Shown: piece after piece, positions 9,750-18,922 of the stretch
Numbering within the stretch: the stretch's first letter is position 1
How the letters are laid out: every line of letters starts with the position of its first letter
NCBI GenBank assembly: GCA_944336475.1
Contig: CALVLD010000003.1
Coordinates: 47,618-111,617 of the forward strand
Source: an uncultured Clostridia bacterium
Lineage (GTDB): Bacteria; Bacillota; Clostridia; Christensenellales; CAG-138
Length of the DNA stretch: 64,000 nucleotides
Reading direction: 5' to 3'
Made by a program: the position numbers and the translations under genes
The notes under the pieces: model-generated
The model's database searches: none
The model's input: only the letters and a program-made list of their open reading frames with translations
Told to the model about the DNA's origin: nothing

Positions 9750-10775
9750 ATGAGCGAAGGCAGCGGTATTATCAAGATTTTTGCCGGCAGCGGCAGTGAG
9801 AAATTTGCAGACCGCATGTGTGCCTATCTCGGCACGACGCGCGGCGCTTCCACGACTATCAAGTTCTCTGAGGGGAATATCTACGTCCGTGCGGACGAGT
9901 CCATCCGCAATAAGGATGTTTACATCGTTCAGACCATAGGGCGCAACCCCAATGATGAGTTTATGGAGCTTCTGTTCTGGGTGGATGCCTTTCGCCGCGC
10001 AAGCGCAAATTCCATCACGGCGATAATCCCCTACTTTGGCTATGCCAAGGCGGACAAGAAGGACGAGCCCCGTGTGTCCATCCGTGCCCGTGTGTGCGCG
10101 GACTGCATCGAGGAGGTCGGAGTTGACCGTGTTGTCACGATGGATCTCCATGCTGCACAGGTGCAGGGCTTTTTTAAAAAGCCGGTGGATCACCTCTACG
10201 CCCGTCCCCTGCTCTGCGCATACGCAAGGCGTGCAGGGCTGTTGGATGACAACATCGTGGTCGTCTCACCGGACGCAGGCTTTGCCAAGCGTGCCCGTCT
10301 GTTCGCGGATGATCTGGGCTGCAATGTAGCAATAGGCGACAAGGTTCGCACCTCTCATGACGAAAATGCCAAGGTGCTTGAGATAATCGGTGAGGTAAAG
10401 GGCAAGAGCTGCATAGTGGTGGATGACTTCACCAACAGCGCAGGCACCATAACCGATGTTGCCCACGGGCTTGCCGACAAGGGCGCAAAGCATATATATG
10501 CCTTCCTCTCCCATGCCATGCTCGACTCCAGGGGCGTTAAGCGCATCGAGGACAGCCCCATAGAGCAGCTCATAGTGACCGACACGGTAGACTGTCCCGA
10601 TATCGCCAAATGCTCCACCAAGATCCGTGTTATTTCCGCAGCTCCGCTGTTTGCGCTTGCGGTCAAGACGATACACGACCGTCTGCCCATGGCACACATG
10701 TTTACCCATCTGCCGAAGCGCATGCTCGATATGAGCTTTGCGCAGCAGCTTTCGTTCGATTCGCTGAAGCACTGA
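9750..10775 (+). CDS. prs: Ribose-phosphate pyrophosphokinase
   Basis: FSEGNIYV, IPYFGYAKADKK, DLHAAQVQGFF, VSPDAG, VVDD...AGT. Confidence 0.9.
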   Translation: MSEGSGIIKIFAGSGSEKFADRMCAYLGTTRGASTTIKFSEGNIYVRADESIRNKDVYIVQTIGRNPNDEFMELLFWVDAFRRASANSITAIIPYFGYAKADKKDEPRVSIRARVCADCIEEVGVDRVVTMDLHAAQVQGFFKKPVDHLYARPLLCAYARRAGLLDDNIVVVSPDAGFAKRARLFADDLGCNVAIGDKVRTSHDENAKVLEIIGEVKGKSCIVVDDFTNSAGTITDVAHGLADKGAKHIYAFLSHAMLDSRGVKRIEDSPIEQLIVTDTVDCPDIAKCSTKIRVISAAPLFALAVKTIHDRLPMAHMFTHLPKRMLDMSFAQQLSFDSLKH

Positions 10776-10800
10776 TAAATATATCAGTCTGCCATATGAC

Positions 10801-10826
10801 GAAAAAGCGGTGGATGCCGCTTTTTC
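10801..10826 (+). terminator. Hairpin between prs and rarA
   Basis: GAAAAAGCGG-tggatg-CCGCTTTTTC. Confidence 0.5.
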
Positions 10827-10844
10827 CGCCTCCAGGAGAGCTTT

Positions 10845-12140
10845 ATGGATCTGTTCACCAACACCGCACGTCAAAGCGCGCCGCTTGCGGATCGTATGCG
10901 GCCCCGCACGCTGGATGAGTTTGTCGGCCAGGAGCATATAGTCGGCCGCGGCAGGCTGCTTCGCCGTGCCATTGAGACCGATACGCTCCAGTCAAGCATA
11001 TTCTGGGGGCCTCCCGGCTGCGGCAAGACCACACTCGCATCCATAATCGCCAACACCACGGGCAGTGCATTTGTAAAGCTCAATGCCGTGACGAGCGGCG
11101 TAAAGGAGCTCAGAGACGTACTTGCGGAAGCGGAGAGCTGCCTGCGCATGTACGGCAAGAGCACATATCTGCTGCTTGACGAGTGCCATCGTTGGAGCAA
11201 AACTCAGTCGGACGCCCTCCTGCCCGCCCTTGAAAACGGCACGGTGCGGTTCATAGGCTCCACGACCGAAAATCCCATGATAGCCATGACGGGGGCTATA
11301 GTCAGCCGGTGCAGGCTGTTTCAGTTCTATCCGCTCTCCGTCGAAGATGTTAAAAGCTGCGTGCTTGCCGCACTTAAGGATAGGGATCGGGGCCTCGGCA
11401 ATTACGATACCGCAGTTGATGAGGATGCCCTTCTGCACATATGTCATGTCGCAAACGGAGATGTCCGAACGGCTCTCAACGCCATAGAGCTTGCCGTGCG
11501 CACCACCGAGCCGGAGGGCGGAATCATACGCATCACCTCCGGGATAGCTGCGGAATCCATACAGAAAAAGGTGTCACGGCTTGACGATCAGCAGCTCTAT
11601 GATATGCTCTCCGCATTCTGCAAATCTCTCCGGGGCGGCGACAGCTCCGCTGCGCTTGCATGGTTCGGCAGGCTCATATACGCCGGGCTTGACCCACGGA
11701 TAATATGCCGCCGCATAATCGCACACGCCTCCGAGGACATTGGGCTTGCAAACCCTACGGCGATGCAGCAGGCGGTCGCTGCGGCACAGGCGTTGGAGCT
11801 TATCGGCATGCCGGAGGCAAGGCTTTCCATAGCCCAAGCCATAATATTCCTGTGCGAAAGCCCCAAGTCCAACTCGGTGGTGATGGCGGTGGATGAGGCG
11901 TTTGCCGATGCCGAAAGCACGCTGGACGAGCCCGTGCCCATACATCTGAGGGACACATCCTTCCACGGTGCGAAAAAGCTCGGGCATGGCATGGGCTACA
12001 AGTATCCGCATGACTATCCCAACCATGAGGTGGCGCAGGAGTATATGCCCCCCTCCGTGAAGGGGAAGATCTATTATCGCCCGGGCGAGCTCGGCACAGA
12101 GGCCAGAATAAAAGCTCGTCACGACAGCAGAAACACCTGA
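10845..12140 (+). CDS. rarA: Replication-associated recombination protein A (RarA/MgsA)
   Basis: PLADRMRPRTLDEFVGQ, GPPGCGKTT, SEDIGLA, PKSNS, YKYPHDY. Confidence 0.95.
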   Translation: MDLFTNTARQSAPLADRMRPRTLDEFVGQEHIVGRGRLLRRAIETDTLQSSIFWGPPGCGKTTLASIIANTTGSAFVKLNAVTSGVKELRDVLAEAESCLRMYGKSTYLLLDECHRWSKTQSDALLPALENGTVRFIGSTTENPMIAMTGAIVSRCRLFQFYPLSVEDVKSCVLAALKDRDRGLGNYDTAVDEDALLHICHVANGDVRTALNAIELAVRTTEPEGGIIRITSGIAAESIQKKVSRLDDQQLYDMLSAFCKSLRGGDSSAALAWFGRLIYAGLDPRIICRRIIAHASEDIGLANPTAMQQAVAAAQALELIGMPEARLSIAQAIIFLCESPKSNSVVMAVDEAFADAESTLDEPVPIHLRDTSFHGAKKLGHGMGYKYPHDYPNHEVAQEYMPPSVKGKIYYRPGELGTEARIKARHDSRNT

Positions 12141-12161
12141 TTGAAATTGTTCAATAAGCGG

Positions 12162-12190
12162 TTGACATTTCTCATCGTCTGCCTTATAAT
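12162..12190 (+). promoter_or_regulatory. Sigma-A promoter of the pheST leader
   Basis: TTGACA-17nt-TATAAT, perfect consensus. Confidence 0.8.
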
Positions 12191-12199
12191 ACCCCTGTT

Positions 12200-12500
12200 C
12201 AAAGGCCGTGAAGGGGCAAAAGGGTTTTATCCTGCTTCAAGAGAGGCGTGACGGTGCAGCATGGCTGCACAGGCTGGGAGCATGTCGCAGGAGCGCCCGC
12301 AAAAGTTCTCCCTGGAGCTGCGGCGGTGAAGCGGATATGTATCCGTGCGTAGTCGCCGTCGGGTTTGCCCGTTACAGCAAAAACGTCATCTGAGGCGGCT
12401 CATGTGATGTAAGGTGCGTTTGCACGAATGTGGGTGGTACCACGGGGGTTTTTCTTCCGTCCCATGATTCCATGTTTGGAGCAGGCGTTTTATTTTTTAT
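12200..12500 (+). promoter_or_regulatory. T-box riboswitch (Phe)
   Basis: AGAGA box, probable specifier TTC near 12306, GCCCGTTA stem-IIA/B motif, T-box AATGTGGGTGGTACCACG near 12427-12444, U-tail near 12488-12500; upstream of pheS. Confidence 0.9.
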
Positions 12501-12521
12501 CTATCCGAAAGGAGTTTTTTA

Positions 12522-13550
12522 ATGAATCAGGAGCTTTTGATGATACAGGAAGAGGCTCTGCGTGAGCTGGAGACCGTATCGAATGAGGATGAGCTTAACA
12601 AGCTGTCCGCCGCCGTTTTGGGCAGGGGCGGTAAGCTCACGGCCATACTGCGCACCATGGGCAAGCTCTCCCCCGATGAAAGGGCTGCTCTCGGTCAGGC
12701 GGCAAACGCCGTTAAGCAGGAGCTTTCCGACCGCATAGAGCAGCGTCGTGCAGAGCTTATAGAGAGTGCCGATCGTCAGCGCATAGAGCGTGAGGCAATC
12801 GACGTCACCGCACCCGGTGTGCGCCGTGCCGTGCCAATGGGTGCGCTCAATCCGCTTACACAGGTATATCGTGAGATCCGCGATGCCCTCATAGGGCTTG
12901 GCTTTACGACATTCTCCGGCCCCGAGGTGGAGTATGATGAATACAACTTTACGCTTTTGAACCTGCCTCCGAACCATCCGGCAAGGGATATGCAGGACAC
13001 ATTCTATGTAAATGACAAGGTGCTTTTAAGGACGCACACCTCCCCCTGTGAAGCAAGGGCGTTGCAGACGATCAAGCCTCCGTTCAGGCTTGTGATACCC
13101 GGCAGGTGCTTCCGTGTGGATGAGCCGGATGCCAGCCACAGCCCAATTTTCATGCAGATAGAGGGGCTTGTTGTGGACAGGAACGTCACCCTGGCAGACC
13201 TCAAGGGCACCATTGATTCCTTCGTGAAGGCCGTGTTCGGCGAGAATGTGCAGTCCAGGCTCCGTCCGAGCTACTTTCCCTTCACGGAGCCCTCTGCCGA
13301 GGTCGATATCTCCTGTGCGATATGCGGCGGCAAGGGTTGCAGCTCCTGCAAGGGCACCGGCTGGATGGAAATAATGGGCTGCGGCGTCACCAACCCCCAC
13401 GAGATAGAGAACTGCGGCTATGATCCCCGTGAGTGGAAGGCGTTTGCATGGGGCGTTGGCGTTGATCGTGTTGCATGCCTCAAGTATGGCATAAGCGACA
13501 TAAGGCTCATCTACGAGGGCGACGGAAGATTCTTGTCGCAGTTCAAATAA
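12522..13550 (+). CDS. pheS: Phenylalanine-tRNA ligase alpha subunit
   Basis: HPARDMQDTF, LRTHTSP, RPSYFPFTEPSAEVD. Confidence 0.97.
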   Translation: MNQELLMIQEEALRELETVSNEDELNKLSAAVLGRGGKLTAILRTMGKLSPDERAALGQAANAVKQELSDRIEQRRAELIESADRQRIEREAIDVTAPGVRRAVPMGALNPLTQVYREIRDALIGLGFTTFSGPEVEYDEYNFTLLNLPPNHPARDMQDTFYVNDKVLLRTHTSPCEARALQTIKPPFRLVIPGRCFRVDEPDASHSPIFMQIEGLVVDRNVTLADLKGTIDSFVKAVFGENVQSRLRPSYFPFTEPSAEVDISCAICGGKGCSSCKGTGWMEIMGCGVTNPHEIENCGYDPREWKAFAWGVGVDRVACLKYGISDIRLIYEGDGRFLSQFK

Positions 13551-13571
13551 TTCGGAAAGGAGCGTTTAGAT

Positions 13572-15986
13572 ATGAAGCTGCCTCTTAAATGGTTGAAGGA
13601 GTATGTCGATTTTGATGTGACTCCCGAGGAATTCGCCGAAAGGATGCTCCTGCGAGGCTTTGAAGTCGCAGAGATCATCCCCGAGATGGAGGGCATCTCA
13701 AACGTCTATGTCTGCGAGATAACCGCCATAGAGCCTCATCCCAATGCCGACAAGCTGAGAGTCTGCGCCGTTGATATAGGCGCCGAGGAGCCCCTTCAGA
13801 TAGTCACCAACGCCGCAAATGTAAAGGTCGGAGACCAGGTTCCCGTCGCTACCGACGGCGCAACTCTGCACGGCGGACTTAAGATCGCTCCCACTAAGAT
13901 GCGCGGCGTGTACAGCGCCGGTATGTTCTGCGGCAACGAGGAACTGGGCATAACCAATATCGACTACGATAATGCCGAAAACGGCGGTGTGCTCGTTTTC
14001 AACGAGCCGCATCCCAACGGTCAGCGTGTACAGGAGGCGTTAGATCTTGACGACTGCATATTCGACATAGAGCTGACCCCCAACCGTCCCGACTGCCAGA
14101 GCATAGTAGGCATATGCCGTGAGGCTGCCGCCGCACTCGGCCAGCGGTTCAACGAGCCCGTCATTCGTCGTGTTGAGGGCTACGGCGACTGCACCGACGT
14201 TGCACAGGTGACTGTCAAAAATCCGACTCTCTGCCCGAGATACTGCGCCCGTGTGGTCACCGATCTCAACATCGAGCCCTCCCCCAAGTGGATGCAGAGG
14301 AAGCTCAAGGCAGTGGGGCTCCGTCCCATAAACAACATAGTCGACATCACCAACCTCGTGTTGGTCGAATACGGCCATCCCATGCACGCATTTGACCTTG
14401 CCTGCGTTGCAGACAGCCACATAGTGGTGCGCAATGCAGAGGAGGGCGAGCGCGTGTTCACGCTTGACGGCAAGGAGAGGGCGATGACCGCCGATATGCT
14501 CCTCATAGCAGACCCCACCAAGGGCGTTGGCATTGCCGGTGTTATGGGCGGCCTCAATAGCGAGATAACCCCCGATACCCGTGCCACGCTGTTTGAGAGC
14601 GCAGTGTTCCGTCCCGAGAACATACGCTCCACCGCAAGGAAGCTCCGCCATGTGACGGATTCCGCCGCTCGTTTCATAAAGGGAGTTGAACCCGTCAATG
14701 CGGAAAAGGCGCTCCTCCGGGCGATAGAGCTTGTGGACGATCTGCACGCAGGACGTGTAATGGGCGGCATGATAGACGTCTGCTCTGCCGATATAGACGA
14801 GAAGCTGGTGCGTGCAAGCGTGAAGCATATCAACTCCATACTCAACACCGAGCTCTCCGCAGAAACGATGGCGGAGCTGCTCGGCTCCATCAATATCGAG
14901 GCCGTTCCTACCGGCGATGTGCTGAACATCCGTGTTCCCCACTACCGCACCGACATCGAGGACAGCATCGAGACCGATTGGGACATTGCGGAGGAGATCG
15001 GCAGGCTCTACGGCTACACCAATATAGGGCCCACGCTCATGCGGGGCGACACCTTCCGAGGCAGGATAAGTCCTGCATTCCGCGACGAGGATCTCATAAA
15101 GGACACCATGGTGGCGCTCGGCTGTTTGGAGCTTTATAACTACAACTTCATCTCCCCTGCCGAGATAGAGCTGCTGCGCATCCCCGAGGGCGACGAGCGG
15201 CGTAAGACAGTGAAGCTCCTCAACCCCTTTGGTGAAGACCAGAGCCTCATGCGTACCGAGCTTGCAGGCGGCCTTATCCGTGTGGCATGCCTCAACCTTA
15301 ACCGCAAGACGGGCTTTGGCCGCTTCTTCGAGGTGGGCAACGTTCACTTTGACAATGCCGATCTGCCCGAGGAGCGGAAGCATCTGGGCGTCATCCATTT
15401 TGGCAGCGAGGAGAGCTTTTTCACGCTCAAGGGCACTCTGGAGGCTCTGTTTGAAAAGCTCGGCATAGACAATGTCCGCTTTGAGCGCGGCGGCTCAGAG
15501 TATCTGCATCCCACGCAGAAGGCCGTTATCCGTGTAAACGGCGAGGTCTTGGGTGAGATCGGTGCGGTGCACCCCTCCGTCCGCCGTGACTACGGGCTGA
15601 ATACGGAGGCGTTCATAGCCGAGCTCGATGTTGAAAGGCTCTGTGCGCATCGCATCCGTGTGAGAAAGTACGCTCCCCTGCCCAAGTACCCCACCGTGCC
15701 CAGGGATATTGCCATAATTGTCGACGAGGCGACAGAGGCGCAGCAGGTCATCGATGTAATACTTGCCGCAAAGGTGAAGGTCACTGTCGAGAATGTGCGT
15801 CTGTTCGATGTCTACCGTCCTGCACGCCCGGGCGACAAGGGCATACCCGAGGGCAAGAAGAGCATGGCGTTTAGCTACACGCTGCGCTCCGATGAGAGAA
15901 CCCTTACGGATGAGGATATCACTCAGGCGTTCAACGCAATACTTAAGGCTCTCCGGTTCCGGCTCGGTGCCGAGCTTAGGGCCTGA
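13572..15986 (+). CDS. pheT: Phenylalanine-tRNA ligase beta subunit
   Basis: HPNADKL, LTPNRPDC, INNIVDITN, EEIGRLYGY, FDVY; 804 aa. Confidence 0.97.
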   Translation: MKLPLKWLKEYVDFDVTPEEFAERMLLRGFEVAEIIPEMEGISNVYVCEITAIEPHPNADKLRVCAVDIGAEEPLQIVTNAANVKVGDQVPVATDGATLHGGLKIAPTKMRGVYSAGMFCGNEELGITNIDYDNAENGGVLVFNEPHPNGQRVQEALDLDDCIFDIELTPNRPDCQSIVGICREAAAALGQRFNEPVIRRVEGYGDCTDVAQVTVKNPTLCPRYCARVVTDLNIEPSPKWMQRKLKAVGLRPINNIVDITNLVLVEYGHPMHAFDLACVADSHIVVRNAEEGERVFTLDGKERAMTADMLLIADPTKGVGIAGVMGGLNSEITPDTRATLFESAVFRPENIRSTARKLRHVTDSAARFIKGVEPVNAEKALLRAIELVDDLHAGRVMGGMIDVCSADIDEKLVRASVKHINSILNTELSAETMAELLGSINIEAVPTGDVLNIRVPHYRTDIEDSIETDWDIAEEIGRLYGYTNIGPTLMRGDTFRGRISPAFRDEDLIKDTMVALGCLELYNYNFISPAEIELLRIPEGDERRKTVKLLNPFGEDQSLMRTELAGGLIRVACLNLNRKTGFGRFFEVGNVHFDNADLPEERKHLGVIHFGSEESFFTLKGTLEALFEKLGIDNVRFERGGSEYLHPTQKAVIRVNGEVLGEIGAVHPSVRRDYGLNTEAFIAELDVERLCAHRIRVRKYAPLPKYPTVPRDIAIIVDEATEAQQVIDVILAAKVKVTVENVRLFDVYRPARPGDKGIPEGKKSMAFSYTLRSDERTLTDEDITQAFNAILKALRFRLGAELRA

Positions 15987-16015
15987 CCGACAGTTATTCC
16001 TGATGGGAGGCGGCT

Positions 16016-16714
16016 ATGGCTATCTGTGCGGCGACCTGCCCCTGCTGCGGGCGGGACATAGGCTTTGATGAAACTGTCAGGGAGTACACCTGTATTTTCT
16101 GCGGCGCAACGCTCATAACCGCCGCTCTTACCAAGGAGAAGCTCGACGGCAGGGGCGCTGCCGGAGCTTCGTCGGATGCTGCGGAGAGCCCCGTACCCCC
16201 GCAGGCAGAGCGTCCGCATCGCGATCGCCATCACCCGGAGCATCACCATCACGAGCACCATCACCGCGAGCATGGGCATGCGCCCCTTTCCGATGAGGAG
16301 AGGAAGGATATGCTGATACGCAAGACAAGGCTCAAACAGGAGCTGAGGGACATAGTCAAGGAGATCGATGTGTTGAGGAGCAGGCGTTCCCGATACAAGA
16401 CACGCTTGAAGCTCGCAAAGGCGTTGACTGCGATCGGCGCAATATTTACAGCCGCAGCGCTTATCATCGTATTCTTTGTGCTTGACAGCGATTTCGACAG
16501 CCGTGTGATGCGGCTGCTTGTCGCCGCTGCGTCGGCGTTCCTGTGCGGAGCGACGCTTATCATAACCGCTGCCGTGGTCAAAGCGCAGGCGAAGAGGTCA
16601 AACGACAGGTTGGAGGACACAATCTCCAATAAGAAAAAGCTGCGCGACGGGCTTATAGGCAAGTTGGACCGCATCAGCAGCAGGCTCGAAAGTTCCGAGC
16701 AAAATAATTCTTAA
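16016..16714 (+). CDS. Membrane protein with N-terminal Zn ribbon and His-rich tract
   Basis: CPCC...CIFC, HRDRHHPEHHHHEHHHREHGH, coiled coil and two TM helices; RBS GGAGG. Confidence 0.7.
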   Translation: MAICAATCPCCGRDIGFDETVREYTCIFCGATLITAALTKEKLDGRGAAGASSDAAESPVPPQAERPHRDRHHPEHHHHEHHHREHGHAPLSDEERKDMLIRKTRLKQELRDIVKEIDVLRSRRSRYKTRLKLAKALTAIGAIFTAAALIIVFFVLDSDFDSRVMRLLVAAASAFLCGATLIITAAVVKAQAKRSNDRLEDTISNKKKLRDGLIGKLDRISSRLESSEQNNS

Positions 16715-16720
16715 AAAATT

Positions 16721-16752
16721 GGGAACCTTTGCATGGGCTGCTGCGTTTTATT
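16721..16752 (+). promoter_or_regulatory. ECF-sigma-like promoter, copy A
   Basis: GGAACC(16722-16727)-16nt-CGTT(16744-16747); near-identical copies at 18889 and 35764. Confidence 0.65.
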
Positions 16753-16754
16753 AT

Positions 16755-16856
16755 TGAGAAGGGAGTCAAGGACTCTGCTTTCTCTCTTTCCTCCTCCTTC
16801 TGATTTGTTGGTGAAACTCCCGGGTGCGTGTTTACACTCGGGAGTTTCATCTTGTT
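16755..16856 (+). ncRNA. Candidate sRNA A (hairpin, anti-SD tract, terminator)
   Basis: 5' hairpin GAGAAG-GGAGTC/GACTCT-TTTCTC, single-stranded TTTCCTCCTCCTTCTGAT, long hairpin GTGAAACTCCCGGGTG/CACTCGGGAGTTTCAT. Confidence 0.55.
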
Positions 16857-16935
16857 CAAAGGCGAGGAACAGGGCGCAGGCCCTGCTCCTCTGAAGTTGG
16901 GTCATTCGAAGATCCCGTCAAAAGGCTTCTTCGAA

Positions 16936-17115
16936 TCAGCGTGAACGGTAGCTTCCGCAGAGGCTTTCATCCGCAGGCTTGCCCGTGTGACTGTGACAAT
17001 CACAGCAGGGCTGAACCTCGATCCGTGAGAGCTTGCAGTAGGAGCCATTGTCATTGAATCGGCAGCTTGTCACCTGACAGCCGATCGTTTGACATCCGAT
17101 CTTCTCCTGTGTCAT
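16936..17115 (-). CDS. DUF1540-type small Cys-rich protein
   Basis: IGCQVTSCRFN...CKLSRIEV...CGSY pattern; RBS GAAAGGA before ATG 17115. Confidence 0.8.
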   Translation of the reverse strand: MTQEKIGCQTIGCQVTSCRFNDNGSYCKLSRIEVQPCCDCHSHTGKPADESLCGSYRSR

Positions 17116-17163
17116 AAGATCGATACCATCCTTTCGCTCGACTTGTTCCACGGGAACGATAAC

Positions 17164-17192
17164 AGTATGTGAAATCAAGGGGTGCGCTATGC
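17164..17192 (-). promoter_or_regulatory. Sporulation sigma-G/E-type promoter for the DUF1540 gene
   Basis: GCATA-18nt-CATACT on the minus strand; overlaps the ribU terminator hairpin. Confidence 0.5.
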
Positions 17193-17199
17193 ACCCCTT
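17177..17199 (-). terminator. Terminator of the ECF S-component gene
   Basis: AAGGGGTGC-gctat-GCACCCCTT hairpin just after stop 17221. Confidence 0.6.
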
Positions 17200-17220
17200 G
17201 GGCATGGAAATAATTGAATT

Positions 17221-17793
17221 TTATTTGACGATCCTGAGCTTTAGCAGCTTGCCAACGGCCTTGTACAGGAGGAATGTGAGCACGGCGTTTACGCCTGCCT
17301 TTATCGCATTGAAAGCGATTATGTAGGGCATGAGGTTCCATACTGTCCCCTGCGCCGCCTTGTAGTCGCCGCCTATAAAGAGCGGCGTCATAAAGTGGTT
17401 GAGGGGGATCATTGTGACTACCATGGCAATCGTGCCTGCGCAGAGTGCCAGCACGGCATGCTTCAGTGTGCGACGCTCGCCACGGTAGATGAGCCCTGCG
17501 ACTATCACGAATGCGCCGGTCGCTATGAAGTGCATCAAGATGCCTATCCAGCCGCTCCCTGCAGACACGGTGACGCCCTGTAAAACGCACACGACAAACG
17601 TCAGCACGAGCCCCCAGACGGGACCGTACATGAATGCGCCTATGAATATGGGAACATCTGCCATGTCATACTCGAGGAAGCCGAGCTGCGGAAATATCGG
17701 AAAACGTATCAGAAGCATCAGTACAATAGACATTGCCGCAAGTATAGCAAGCTTGACTATCCTGTCAACGGCGTTACGAATGGTGTTTTTCAT
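17221..17793 (-). CDS. ribU: ECF transporter S component, riboflavin (RibU-like)
   Basis: FLEYDMADVP.FIG.F.YGP, multi-TM, IAFNAIKA; FMN riboswitch upstream. Confidence 0.85.
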   Translation of the reverse strand: MKNTIRNAVDRIVKLAILAAMSIVLMLLIRFPIFPQLGFLEYDMADVPIFIGAFMYGPVWGLVLTFVVCVLQGVTVSAGSGWIGILMHFIATGAFVIVAGLIYRGERRTLKHAVLALCAGTIAMVVTMIPLNHFMTPLFIGGDYKAAQGTVWNLMPYIIAFNAIKAGVNAVLTFLLYKAVGKLLKLRIVK

Positions 17794-17869
17794 AAAAATA
17801 GCCTCCGCATAGTATAAATTCGCTCCGTAAAAGCGGAGCGAACGCAAAGGCTGTGCCAATGTGAAGTTC

Positions 17870-18012
17870 CGCCTCTCCCGTCCGGACTGTAACCGTCGGC
17901 ATCGGAATCACACCGATTCAGCACACCCCTATACGGGCGGCTCGCGGGCTTTTGTGGGACTTGCCCCCACAGTTCACCGCCGGTAGGGAATCACACCCTG
18001 CCCCGAAGCTGG
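17870..18012 (-). promoter_or_regulatory. FMN riboswitch (RFN element)
   Basis: Minus strand CTTCGGGGCAGGGTGTGATTCCCTACCGGCGGT...AGCCCGCGAGC...GTGTGATTCCGATGCCGACGGTTACAGTCCGGACGGGAGAG matches the RFN consensus. Confidence 0.95.
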
Positions 18013-18136
18013 TTCATTATAGCACATGCGCGATCCCAATGCAATCCGTGTATGCATTGGAATGTCGACAAATTTTCTGTTCTCTTTCTGCTATCTGCCT
18101 GCATCATCAGACAATTCGATGCTATAGTTGTTTTCC

Positions 18137-18790
18137 GCTCCCCTGTTCAAAGTCTTGCTTTGACAGCCCCCTTTGCACGAGGGAGCCTGGAGAGTACGCT
18201 ATTCGTTCAGGGAGCCATTTTGGGGTTGCAATGCGGTAGCTGATTTACAATCCTCGTCGGCAGCACAAATCCACCTTGCGCAAAGGGAAATGGCACGGCG
18301 AAGCTCACACCCCAACAGCCTCCCTTGTGCAAAGGGAGGTAGCACGGCGTAGCCGTGACGAAGGGATTGTAGGATGGCGTTGGTTAGTATATTCTTAGAA
18401 CATTGATAAGCTGCTGTTTCTTTCGTTTTCTGATGGGTATTTTCCTCTTTAGAAAATATGTTGCTATAGTTTCTTTCCAATCCCGCAGTCAGCTTCGCTG
18501 ACATCTCCTTTTACACAAGGGAGCCGGTTGGGGTGTGCAATTCATGGCAGACGACCTATTGGGGTTGCAGTGCAATAGTTGCTTTACAATCCCTTGGTCA
18601 AAGCTCCGCTTTGACGGCTCCAATTTGCACCGGGGAGCGTGGCCGACGGAGGCAATGAAAGAAAAAGGAACAGGGACGGCTCCCGTTTACACAAAGAAAC
18701 CTTTTTGGGGGTATGCTGACGGCTCAGTTTGCACAAGGGAGGCTTTTTTGGGGTGCTGACAGCTCCTTTTGCACGAGGGGGATGCTGACC
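18137..18790. repeat. Cluster of about 8 degenerate REP-like palindromes (GCTGACnGCTCCCTTT(G/A)CACAAGGGAG family)
   Basis: Units near 18162, 18270, 18318, 18498, 18613, 18674, 18715 and 18755; includes an inverted doublet 18318-18525. Confidence 0.75.
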
Positions 18791-18888
18791 GACAGCAAAC
18801 TGCAACAGGTGCATCAGTGCATAGTTTATTTATGGGCTGCGCAACGCCGAATGTTGATTTTGCCATTTCGGTATATTTCGCAAAAAGT

Positions 18889-18920
18889 GGGAACCTTTGG
18901 CCGGGTTGCTGCGTTTTATT
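18889..18920 (+). promoter_or_regulatory. ECF-sigma-like promoter, copy B
   Basis: GGGAACCTTT-ggccgggt-TGCTGCGTTTTAT; GGAACC-16nt-CGTT. Confidence 0.65.
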
Positions 18921-18922
18921 TA

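Noticed and set aside
14040-15398. 452-aa antisense ORF (similarly 6174-7463, 33933-35102, 36146-37372, 49389-50384)
   Set aside because: Shadow ORFs opposite well-conserved genes; expected from GC-rich codon bias, with no motifs or RBS.
18137-18790. CRISPR array
   Set aside because: Repeats are degenerate, in both orientations and irregularly spaced; no unique equal-length spacers and no cas genes.
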